A stretch of DNA of 63,920 nt, filler included, from Dicyema japonicum (taxonomy: Eukaryota; Animalia; Dicyemida): NCBI GenBank assembly GCA_011109175.1. It is 7 parts of 7 records of this genome, joined end to end, with 100 filler letters (N's around TTAATTAATTAA, not from the genome) between each part and the next. Parts side by side here need not be neighbours in the genome. Positions count along the whole stretch, not along the records: positions 47,675 to 57,734 come from RDEW01000172.1; positions 57,835 to 63,920 come from RDEW01000002.1; 5 more parts are not named here. One strand, written 5' to 3'. Positions 49,440-60,573 of this stretch are shown piece after piece (within the stretch, counting starts at the first letter, position 1; each line of letters opens with the position of its first letter). The notes beneath the pieces were generated by a model. The model had not been told where the DNA came from. It saw only the letters and a program-made list of their open reading frames with translations, and searched no databases. The translations under genes were made by a program, and so were the position numbers.

Positions 49440-50135
49440 TTTGGTACCATTGTCACACGTCTAGCCTCTGAATATGACCTTAACAAAAAAGAGAGTCTTA
49501 ATGTGAATGAATTGATCAAACTACAAAGTGGTACTTTAATTAAAAAGATTTTCACAGTCGTTTCTTTGATATCCTTAAGAACCCTCACGAGGATGTGAAT
49601 GTATCTTCAGTATGGGCCTTGCATTGAAACATAAGCCCTCAGTCGAGTGGGCTTATGACTTTCCTACAGGACATATGATGCGGTGCCATACCGTAGAACA
49701 TTGAGCCATTAAGTGCGGCAACATGCTAAACCACGACCTCGTATGAAGGCATAATGAGGTTGTGAGGTATATCCGCTTAATTCTGTACAACAAATATGAG
49801 ATATCACATTCCAGTAAGTTGCAGACTTATAAAGTGCAGTCTAATGTCGAGAATGAAAGTTGCTGTACAGCACATTAAGTTAGACATTGTGCTTTATGGT
49901 AGGTTATCGGGGGGCATAACTATCATGGAAGTGGGCATTACACACGAAAAACAATAGTAAACAGTGGAGAATCGGAATTAAGCTCTTCTTGCAAAAGAAT
50001 TGAAAATAATGCATCGGTCAAAGTCCATGTTATTTCTTCTGACATGGGATTGTATCGCCACTAACCCTATATCCATGCATATATACAAGGAACTTTGTTC
50101 AAGTGAACATGGAGAGTGTATCACTTGACGCACGT
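49440..50135 (+). mobile_element. Decayed R4/NeSL-like RLE element, C-terminal region; partial copies at 47675-47830 and 51720-52076
   Basis: Frameshifted zinc-knuckle/RH-NEV-like segment and LMTWD..TNP end, similar to the 2818-3482 family. Confidence 0.6.
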
Positions 50136-52670
50136 GGTGGGAATTCTATTGTGCAACCTACAATGCAAGAGAATATTGGTAGAGTTTGAAAAAAATCTAA
50201 AAAAGGCACGTGAAATAAAGTAGTTTGTCTGAATTGTTCTTTTTGGGTAATAAAAGTTTACTAATTTAAACTGAGTCTTTAGTTCATCGAATAATTTATA
50301 AGTAACAACAAACTGATTCCTCTTTTTGGGGTTAAAAAAACAACAAAAGGAAAAAAATAGTATAGATGGTGATTTCACACAGGAGATAACTTCGGTCTCT
50401 CTAAGGACTAAAGTGCGGATGTTTATGAAAATAGGGGGATGAAGTCGCCACAGTTGGTAACGTAATATAAATCAACCTTCAGATCTAAGGAGATGTACAT
50501 ATTGATGTGATAAAGTTAATGACGAAGGATATTAGTTGTCATAATATGTCACATGGGTGGTTTTGATGCCTATGAGCATCCTGTTTTTTACGTGTTTCCA
50601 TGGTAACAAGAAATCAATTGCTAGATTTAACAAAGAAGTTATTTATTTTTTTAATATAAAAAAAAATTTAACAATTAAACAAATATCAGTTGAGGAAGCC
50701 TGCTGCGTGGATTGCGAACGAGTTCCCTCGGAGTATGGCTATTCCAATCTTTTGTCTTAGCCATAACCCTTCTCGTTGATCCCTTTTCTTTCTGGCAAGC
50801 AATCCTCCGAGTTCTCAGCCGTCATTGGACCAACGGCTCCCGATAATTCGGTCGCAACAGGAGTAAATCGGTAGCGATCCCCGAGACAAGAATATTTCTT
50901 GATTTTTAAATTCTCCAGTCGAAGCAGCTGCTCCAGGTGTCTGAACCGATTTAAAAATGTTTGTGCTTGAGAACGTGTCTATGCAAGTTGCGTCCCAGAC
51001 CAAAGATCTTCCAGACGTGAAGGGGAAAGGGGTCATCCGTCAGGTCTCTTCCCATCTCCTCGATCAAGACCCACTGGTTCAAGCTGTGCTGGGAAGCCTG
51101 AAGCCTTCAGAGCTCTGACGATCACATCATTCAGAGCAGCATGACGTGGTCCCCTTCCGGCGCTTCTTCTGCAGGACAGCGGGTGCAATCCTTTCGCATC
51201 GACTGTTTTCCCGCATCGGCATCGGTGCTCCTGGCAAACGTCTAGTCCCAGCCTTTGTCCGATTCCAATCCTTAAAGTATCGTCGTCCAAAAAGGTCCCG
51301 AGGTTTGGGCAAGGTATTGCACCAAGCCATGCTCCACTTGAAGCTGACACTAAACAAGCCAGACGATGTTGATTTGCTTCTTTTTTAAGGTCTTCAAAAT
51401 TTTGATATTACCCATCCTCCCACTCATGTGGATTACAACTTAGACCAGTGGTTCTAATAATATAAGACTCTATTATTTATCAGTCTTTAATTATTCATGA
51501 CAATGAGCTCCTCGAGGACCATCGCCCCTGATCACAAAAATCACCCCCCTGACAAAAAAATCGCCCGAAAGGGGGCGATTCACCCCTCGTTGAGAACCAC
51601 TGGTCTAAGTAATGTAATCCACATGAGTGGGAGGATGGGTATATGATGTTTAAATTTGAGTCTAAAGCAGCAATATCTGAGAACATGACAATCCTAGGAG
51701 TCAAAACAAACCCACTTTGGTACCATTGTCACACGTCTAGCCTCTGAACATGACCTTAACAAAAAAGAGAGTCTTAATGTGAATGAATTGATCAAACTAC
51801 AAAGTGGTACTTTAATTAAAAAGATTTTCACAGTCGTTTCTTTGATATTTTTAAGAACCCTCACGAGGATGTGAATGCATCTTCAGTATGGGCCTTGCAT
51901 TGAAACATAAGCCCTCAGTCGAGTGGGCTTATGACTTTCCTACAGGACATATGATGCGGTGCCATACCGTAGAACATTGAGCCATTAAGTGCGGCAACAT
52001 GTTAAACCACGACCTCGTATGAAGGCATAATGAGGTTGTGAGGTATATCCGCTTAATTCTGTACAACAAAATATGANNNNNNNNNNNNNNNNNNNNNNNN
52101 NNNNNNNNNNNNNNNNNNNNNNNNNNNNNNNNNNNNNNNNNNNNNNNNNNNNNNNNNNNNNNNNNNNNNNNNNNNNNNNNNNNNNNNNNNNNNNNNNNNN
52201 NNNNNNNNNNNNNNNNNNNNNNNNNNNNNNNNNNNNNNNNNNNNNNNNNNNNNNNNNNNNNNNNNNNNNNNNNNNNNNNNNNNNNNNNNNNNNNNNNNNN
52301 NNNNNNNNNNNNNNNNNNNNNNNNNNNNNNNNNNNNNNNNNNNNNNNNNNNNNNNNNNNNNNNNNNNNNNNNNNNNNNNNNNNNNNNNNNNNNNNNNNNN
52401 NNNNNNNNNNNNNNNNNNNNNNNNNNNNNNNNNNNNNNNNNNNNNNNNNNNNNNNNNNNNNNNNNNNNNNNNNNNNNNNNNNNNNNNNNNNNNNNNNNNN
52501 NNNNNNNNNNNNNNNNNNNNNNNNNNNNNNNNNNNNNNNNNNNNNNNNNNNNNNNNNNNNNNNNNNNNNNNNNNNNNNNNNNNNNNNNNNNNNNNNNNNN
52601 NNNNNNNNNNNNNNNNNNNNNNNNNNNNNNNNNNNNNNNNNNNNNNNNNNNNNNNNNNNNNNNNNNNNNN

Positions 52671-52770
52671 CCAGACCGCTTCCCGCACGTCTTTCTTGCG
52701 GTGGGCCAATTTCCCTCCGATTTCCTTTAGGAAAAAGGCTGTAATACCTTCGGCCGCACCAGACGTCTAG
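52671..52770 (-). mobile_element. CRE-clade RLE C-terminal fragment
   Basis: TSGAAEGITAFFLKEIGGKLAHRKKDVREAVW. Confidence 0.6.
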
Positions 52771-53911
52771 ATTGTTGATTATTAATGTTAATTTTTTATT
52801 AACTCCGGATACACCGAGAAAGAAATTAAAGTAAACAACTAATTAAGTGTATTCAGTTTCCACTTCTACAGAAACAGAGTCCATCCGGAATCAACATAAG
52901 GGGTAAAAGGCGTCCATGTTTGCAGTTGTGAAAACCCCTCCAGTGGAGTAGGGGAGAGCAAACGATCCTTTTTCGTGCCGGCCTGTGGAACACATGACAC
53001 CACTCTAATAGGAAGAGAGAAGAGGAACAGACGAACAAAACATAAACTTCAACCAATTGAACAAGGGAAGAGAAAGAACAAGGGAAACATTGTAACGGAT
53101 TGTTTCCAAATTAGGAAATTTTTCAAACAAATTAAGTGACGAGTCAATTTATAAGATAAATTCATTGAAAGTTGCTCTTCAATATTTCCTAAAGATGGTC
53201 GACAATTATAAATACATAAATGCTTAATGGACGGTTATTTTATAAACCAAAAACCATTAATAAATTCCTTAATATTTTTAGAATGATAAATTGTCGCGAT
53301 TAGTTGTTGGTCCGTCTCTTACATCGATACAAATCTGGTCGAAAAATTCCTCACAGCTATGTGGGTTTTTCGAATCTGAAGAGGCGTCTTGCGCTCAACC
53401 TGTATCAGGAGACGCCCAGTGCCTGGTCGAGATACAAAAAGGATCTCGTTCTTCCCTACTTCACTGGAGGGGTTCCCGGCGGATGTGAATGGACTCGTTT
53501 TTTTTGAAAGGACACGTCTTAACCCGATCATGGGAACTGGATTTTAATTAATTCTTAACCTCTTTGCGGTAAATTTATGGTTATTGACGAAAATTGTCAA
53601 TCCCAGTATTTATTTTATTTATTAACCTCAGCTTAAAATCTTTGGTAAGCCCAGAACAAACAGTCACAACTAATTAATCCAAGAAATGAATCCAAGAAAG
53701 TCTGCTCGTACCAACCAAATCAATCCTCGACAGGCTTCCGCTAGAGAGGTGGATAAGTAGGTCCGCTCTCTTCCATTTTCATTACACGTCCTACTGCCGC
53801 GAATTAACTTCATTCTTTGGGGAAGAGTTTTATAATGGTAATCTTCACAGTGGATCCCAGTATATGACCTCACTAAGCAGACAATTTTAATGTCATGGCA
53901 ATTAAATATAT

Positions 53912-55343
53912 TTATTGAATATAAATAGATGATGAAACAGTTATTAATAAATTCTCAAATGATGCACATGACTGTCTCAGTTTCTCTACAAATGATTTAT
54001 TCGAGCATAAGGCCTCTTCCAAGTAATAACTTGAAGTTTTTCGACAAACAGAAATGAAGGTTATCAAAATTTTTTCATCCTCTCCCATCGAACAAATGAC
54101 CATCGATTTGTCACTTAATGACCTCATCTGTACAGATCCGTCACTCAGTCCCATTATCAACAGGCCGGGCAATTTTTTATAGTACACTATATGGGTAGGC
54201 ATCTCCTTGAAGTCCTTTTCTCCGTTGGATTCAGTTTTTTCTTTGTTTTTGTGTTTCTGTGGAATTTTTAGAACAGCGTTACATTTTTGCTGAAATATGA
54301 AGCAAAACGATAAGCCATTTTAAGATTTGAGGTCCACGTCTTTAGTTGGTCCTGACAACTATCCAAATTGAATGTTGCGATATCCCCTTTGTCGGAGCAG
54401 AACCATACGAATGGTCTTGAATTATTTAGAAGCAAAATCAACCCATATTCTGGTTTATATGCGAATGTATTGCTATTTATCAGCATAGCGATAGTCCCAT
54501 CTGATAATTTGTATATAAATCCATGTGAGTAGTCATGCAAACTTTTTACCCACGTGACCTGTACATTTTTGACTGATTTGGTGCTCTTGTAGAATTTACT
54601 TCCCGCAAAATTATCGGGAGTTGCATCCACTAATCGGCCAACCACTGCTAACAAATTCAGTCTCCTATTGTAGAGTGAACTCTTTGATATCAAATTGTTC
54701 CCCCCAACACTACAGCCTGAATCTTTCTAATCATCGTTTATAAGTCGAAACCTCGTCAATTATGCAAGTTGATTCACTGTGTTTGGAAAATTCAGAATAA
54801 TTCGAAAATAGTTTGCACGTGCTTTCATAATTAATACATTAATGTACTTTGATGGTCTGAATCTGATATCGGATATTGACGGTCGTCTACTCGGCTCAAT
54901 TGATAACAGCTTTCTCAACAAAGCCTGTAAATCGACGGGAATTGATTTGTGCATTATGTAGCATCCCTTTTTTATTTTACTGTATGTTAGGTCCACCGTT
55001 TTGCACTGGAATGGAGGATGCCCCACCAGAAATGCATAGCTATTTAAGTTGGTTATAAAATAATACAGAATACATCCAAGAGACCAAACGTCTGCCGGAA
55101 AAGTGTAGCCTATCTTATTGAGTATTTCCGGGGCAATATAATTCGGGGTACCACAAACTTTACTACGAACATAAATCTATAATGCACAATTTCAGTTCTT
55201 TTGGCTTTATTTTTATGGCAAGGCCAAAGTCTGCGATTTTTACGACGTTTCCCCTGAACAGAATGTTACTCAGTTTCAAGTCTCTGTGAATAATTTCCTT
55301 AATGTGAAGATATTTGACTCCTAAGCATAACTGTCGCATAATT
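53912..55343 (-). CDS. PLK: Polo-like kinase (kinase N-lobe lost in gap) with two divergent polo boxes
   Basis: [51 protein letters not shown]1 [20 protein letters not shown]; PB2 [11 protein letters not shown]. Short introns. Confidence 0.9.
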
Positions 55344-56057
55344 NNNNNNNNNNNNNNNNNNNNNNNNNNNNNNNNNNNNNNNNNNNNNNNNNNNNNNNNN
55401 NNNNNNNNNNNNNNNNNNNNNNNNNNNNNNNNNNNNNNNNNNNNNNNNNNNNNNNNNNNNNNNNNNNNNNNNNNNNNNNNNNNNNNNNNNNNNNNNNNNN
55501 NNNNNNNNNNNNNNNNNNNNNNNNNNNNNNNNNNNNNNNNNNNNNNNNNNNNNNNNNNNNNNNNNNNNNNNNNNNNNNNNNNNNNNNNNNNNNNNNNNNN
55601 NNNNNNNNNNNNNNNNNNNNNNNNNNNNNNNNNNNNNNNNNNNNNNNNNNNNNNNNNNNNNNNNNNNNNNNNNNNNNNNNNNNNNNNNNNNNNNNNNNNN
55701 NNNNNNNNNNNNNNNNNNNNNNNNNNNNNNNNNNNNNNNNNNNNNNNNNNNNNNNNNNNNNNNNNNNNNNNNNNNNNNNNNNNNNNNNNNNNNNNNNNNN
55801 NNNNNNNNNNNNNNNNNNNNNNNNNNNNNNNNNNNNNNNNNNNNNNNNNNNNNNNNNNNNNNNNNNNNNNNNNNNNNNNNNNNNNNNNNNNNNNNNNNNN
55901 NNNNNNNNNNNNNNNNNNNNNNNNNNNNNNNNNNNNNNNNNNNNNNNNNNNNNNNNNNNNNNNNNNNNNNNNNNNNNNNNNNNNNNNNNNNNNNNNNNNN
56001 NNNNNNNNNNNNNNNNNNNNNNNNNNNNNNNNNNNNNNNNNNNNNNNNNNNNNNNNN

Positions 56058-56253
56058 GAAATATCAGCCAGGAAGCACATTGAGTGTGAGAGTGAGGTGC
56101 AGAGGATGGTGAATACTCAGATGGAGAATACAAGGTCGTTTGATATGAGGGAGAGGGCCCATCGTAGGAAAGTGATGGCGCTGGAAGATCAGGTGGTGAT
56201 TGTAGTTATTTTAGGTGGAAGAATTGAGACGAGAGTTGGGGAGAAAGAAGTGA
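56058..56253 (+). CDS. CROCC: Rootletin (ciliary rootlet coiled-coil) 3' terminal fragment
   Basis: EVQRMVNTQMENTRSFDMRERAHRRKVMALEDQ|VEELRREL (cf. RERAHRQRVRGLEEQV). 22-nt intron 56193-56214; TGA 56251-56253. Confidence 0.6.
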
Positions 56254-57329
56254 TTTACTAATAAATATATTTTATAACACTGGTTAGAAAAATCTAAATT
56301 TAACTAATAAATTATTTGCATTGACATTTTTTCCCGCCTAATATATTGACTGGTGCACTGCTTCTTTAGCAGGCTAGAGGTTTGCTGGTTGGAAGGTTTC
56401 TCCTTTCTTAATACACTTGGAGACATTGAATATCTCAACGTTTGGATGAGAACACCTCAGATTTGTAAATCTCTATAGTTCGATTTCTGAATAAATGAGA
56501 TATATCATCTTAAAAATTGAAGATTTAGCTATTTGATTTAGCCTAAATCTTTTTACTATAAATTCAAGATCTTCTGCCCAAAATTTGCTTGGATCGAGTC
56601 TTGAATTCTTCACTTTTTTCGACTGTTTCATTGTCGAGACTCACTAAACCCATTATTTATATAAAGAGAATTTCTGTGATTTATAGTTATCAAGGTCCTT
56701 AATATGAAGAATTTTCTAATTAATTTCTTCGATAAGTATAATTTATTAAATAAAGTAAACCGAGTAAATTAAGTAATTAAGTGGATTTTAATCTTGATCT
56801 CTGGTAATACATCTCCACATCAGAGTCAGTCAAAATATATCAGTGAGATTTCCTCAAGGCATGTCAGTTCCACAAGTTAAGAGGTAGCAGAGGTGTACGT
56901 ACTTATAATAATAATACCATAGTTAACGGTTATACCGAACTAATTAATCACGTGATCCCACCACACTTAGCAGAGACCTCCACTTAGTCCGATGCTCCGC
57001 CACGACGCGACATAAGCACGTGTCGACCAAATGACAGGATCTTCGTAGTCACGTTCCAAAGGGACTGCGTATCGTGGATTCTTGCTGCATTGGAGCCAGG
57101 TCTCTCCAGAAGTCCATCGTTAAGTAATTTTTGAAAATCTTTTTCGGCTAGCATCGATTTTCAAAACATTTGTCCAAAAAATGAAGGAAACCAAATACCA
57201 CTACGAGCAACTTTATAAACAATTAATATATATTTAGTATTTAAATTTTAATTTTCATAAAGAATGTAATATTATTTATAAATAAAACTAAATTAGATCA
57301 AAGAACTCGTCCCGTTATCATTACAATTC

Positions 57330-57734
57330 ATGGCTTTTATGACGTTGTGGTTCACCAAGAGGTGTCATTTGGTTGTGCCTGTGCCCTACACAGCACACAT
57401 GAAAAAGAACCACATCTTTTCCCTATCGTCTCTCTTCAAGGAGATCTCGATGGCGACCATTGAGCGGGCACGAAGCTTTCGCTCCCAAGAATCCCTCCTG
57501 ACATCCGGTGACATTGAACTAAACCCAGGGCCGCAGAATAGACCCATCAGAATCTTACAACTTAACATCAATGGAATCACCTCGAAACATACCGAATTGG
57601 CTGAGTACTTGGCTAAACACCGTATTGACATTGCCCTTCTACAAGAGTCACGTTTGTCTGCCTTCTCCCAAACACCAAAATTCAAAAACTACTCTTTGCT
57701 CCGTTCTGAGCGATCAAATGGATCTCACGGTGGT
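57330..57734 (+). mobile_element. LINE ORF2 start: 2A-like peptide followed by APE endonuclease
   Basis: LLTSGDIELNPGP (DxExNPGP, 57510-57533) then IRILQLNING..IDIALLQESRL..RSERSNGSHGG; cut by spacer. Confidence 0.88.
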
Positions 57735-57834
57735 NNNNNNNNNNNNNNNNNNNNNNNNNNNNNNNNNNNNNNNNNNNNTTAATTAATTAANNNNNNNNNN
57801 NNNNNNNNNNNNNNNNNNNNNNNNNNNNNNNNNN
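57735..57834. other. Artificial scaffold spacer
   Basis: N-TTAATTAATTAA(57779-57790)-N. Confidence 0.97.
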
Positions 57835-59190
57835 CTAGTTCAAATCCAGAGAACTATAGGCCAATAAGCCTAATATGTAGATATCGAAAATTATAGAAAA
57901 AATCATTTTCAACAGATTATCAAAATACGTTGAAGACAACAATTTTCTTCTCGATGATCAGTGAGGTTTTCGTCCCACTAGAGGTACTGGAGATTGTTTC
58001 TCAATATTATCAAATTTTATATGTGTTGCTAAAAAGAATAGAGAATGTTATACGGCCGTATGTCTAGACATGTCAAAAGCTTTTGATAGCGTTTTGCATG
58101 CTGGGCTGTTGAAAACTTTTTTAAATTTTAATGTTGGGAGCAAAGCTCTAGGGTAGAGAATCTTTTATACGTGTTGGAGATCATATATCGAAGAAAATTT
58201 TGTTAAAAAGAGGAGTTCCACAAGGGTCTGTCTTAAGTCCCCTTTTATTCAATTGCGTTATGTGTGATATCCCGAAGTTTGAACACCTAAATTCGAAAAT
58301 GCTAATATATGCCGATGATATTCTTTTGCTCGATCTTAGTATTAATAGATCGATTTCTTGGAAACGTGTTTCGACACATGTCGAAATAATTAAATGCTGG
58401 TGCCGAGATAAAGGTTTATCCTTATCTCTTGAAAAATGTACTGCTTCATGGATTGTGAATTACAAGAACAAATCAAAGATTTGTATTGATATCGGAGCGA
58501 TCAAATGCATGGAGCAGTTACAATATCTTGGTGTTTGTGTGAACTCGAAGGGTNTGTTTCGACACATGTAGAAATAATTAAATGCTGGTGCCGAGATAAA
58601 GGTTTATCTTTATCTCCTGAAAAATGTACTGCTTCATGGATTGTGAATTACAAGAACAAATCAAAGATTTGTATTGATACTGGAGCGATCAAATGCATGG
58701 AACAGTCACAATATCTTGGTGTTTGTGTAAAATCGAAGGGCTCGTTCATTAGTTATATCAAGAAAAAGAAGAAAAAAGCTACGGCAATGTTGAAATCTCT
58801 TCTACGTTTTCAATTGAGTCCAGAAACTCTTCTTTATGTGTATACAGCTTGTATAGAACATTCTTGATTTATGGCTTCCAAGGATGGTTTGAAAGTTATG
58901 AGAGAAGTTATGACATGAGACAATAAATAAATTTTAATTTAATCGACTGCATCTCCGAAGCTACTCAAGAAAACTAGGAATAATCAAATCTATTNAGTCC
59001 GGAAACTTTTCTTTATGTGTACACAGCTTGTATAGAACATTCTTGATTTATGGCTTCCAAGGATGGTTTGAAAGTTAAGAGAGAAGTTATGACATGCGAC
59101 AATAAATAAATTTTACTTTAATCGACTACATCTCCGAAGCTACTCAAGAATACTAGGAATAATCAAATCTATTTCTGCTGGCATTAAGAC
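57835..59190 (+). mobile_element. Decayed Jockey/I-like RT (related to the 25061 family)
   Basis: NYRPISL, LDMSKAFDSVLH, GVPQGSVLSPLLFN, IYADDI, YLGV. Duplicated pieces across N58554 and N58995. Confidence 0.85.
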
Positions 59191-60000
59191 CCATTTCAAG
59201 CATTGACATTGTTATACAAACAATTAATTGAGCCATCAGTCAGCTTCTTTCTATTATTGGAATGTATTGGAATTGTATGAAATAGTCACTGTTCGAATGA
59301 TGAAGTTTTATATATTCCCAAACTTTCCCATCCACCAGTTAACATATTTTTGAAACAATAGAGATTTTGTAGAATATAATTCCCTCAATTTCATAGGAAT
59401 CAACCTTGCGAATAATTTTAACGGATCATGCTCATTCTGACGTAATCTCCACTGAATATGGCAAGTAGTGAAAAGCAAAATTATGTGAATTGGAGGATAA
59501 AGCTAATAATGTCACAGAAATGTACTTTCGTTATAATAATATAAAACAAAATTAAAACTCCAAAATGAATAAACGATCTTCCGCAGTAAAGAGTGTCTCC
59601 AAGGATATCAAGGCCCGTATAATAAAGCAATGGGTAAATTAAAGGATCATATAAAACATTGAATTGTATCCTTAACGTGTTTATCCCAACATTTCAAAGC
59701 AAACGTGAATATAAGAAGAAATAAGAAATTCATAGAATAAATTAGAACAAACGCGGAAGAATAGTTTTGCTTGGTATCACAATGATGTTTCAAGGAATAG
59801 GGCAGTGTTGCATGTAATATTTATCTTCATTTTTTGGACCAATCACAATTTACAAACTCAAAATGGAAGAGAATTGGCAAAATTTAAAATATATCAGTAC
59901 GTTCTATATAAATTCTTCATAATTAAAAGCACTGTAATGAAATGAGGTATCAAAGGATTATTTGATAATAGTTTGATAAATCTACCACTTTAAATTATGA

Positions 60001-60415
60001 AGAAATATTAATATAAAGAAATACAAAAGCAACATTGCCCCACAAGAAACACAATCATAACGTGTATAATAAATTTTATTAATATGGTTGTCCATATTAA
60101 AATATAAATTTTTAAATTATATATGGGGTTTCCTGGTCATTAACGTCACTTTCCTGACCAGAAATATTAATATAAAGAAATACAAAAGCAACATTGCCCC
60201 ACAAGAAACACAATCATAACGTGTATAATAAATTTTATTAATATGGTTGTCCATATTAAAATATAAATTTTTAAATTATATATGGGGTTTCCTGGTCATT
60301 AACGTCACTTTCCTGACCAATAGCGTCACTTTTTTGACCAATCGCGTTACTTTCCTGACCAATAGCGTCACTTTCCTGACCATTAACGTCACTTTATATA
60401 CCAATCGCGTCACTT
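60001..60415. repeat. 159-bp tandem duplication followed by a 21-bp minisatellite
   Basis: 60001-60159 repeated at 60160-60318. About six units of GACCAATAGCGTCACTTTCCT at 60291-60415, starting at GGGGTTTCCTGGTC. Confidence 0.85.
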
Positions 60416-60573
60416 NCAACGCTTGATAAATCATATTTAGGTCAAAATTCCGCATTTTTGATGAAAATGACAATTTTAAAGGTCTTAAATAATATTCATG
60501 GTTATAGATTTCTCGGAGTAAGAAAAAAGTGCCTGTTGAGTAATTAACTTAGAAAACCCCTTTAAAGGAAATA

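Larger units (their letters stand above)
47675..52076. repeat. Tandem composite repeat, period about 2.3 kb, at least 1.9 units
   Basis: AGAATCGGAA.T..GCTCTTCTTGCAAAAG at 47675 recurs at about 49968. Unit = R4-like 3' end, AT-rich spacer, CRE fragment (-), inverted-repeat element, R4-like zinc-knuckle region. Both ends run into gaps. Confidence 0.88.

Noticed and set aside
52053-56261. Long ORFs in the track composed mostly of X
   Set aside because: They are translations of N gaps.
9771-60416. Local tandem duplications centred on single Ns (e.g. 9771, 11568, 12888, 29356, 58554, 58995)
   Set aside because: Pattern typical of unmerged contig overlaps rather than biology.
60276-60473. Repeat-protein ORF (VTLLVRK)n
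   Set aside because: By-product of a stop-free 21-bp minisatellite spanning an N join.
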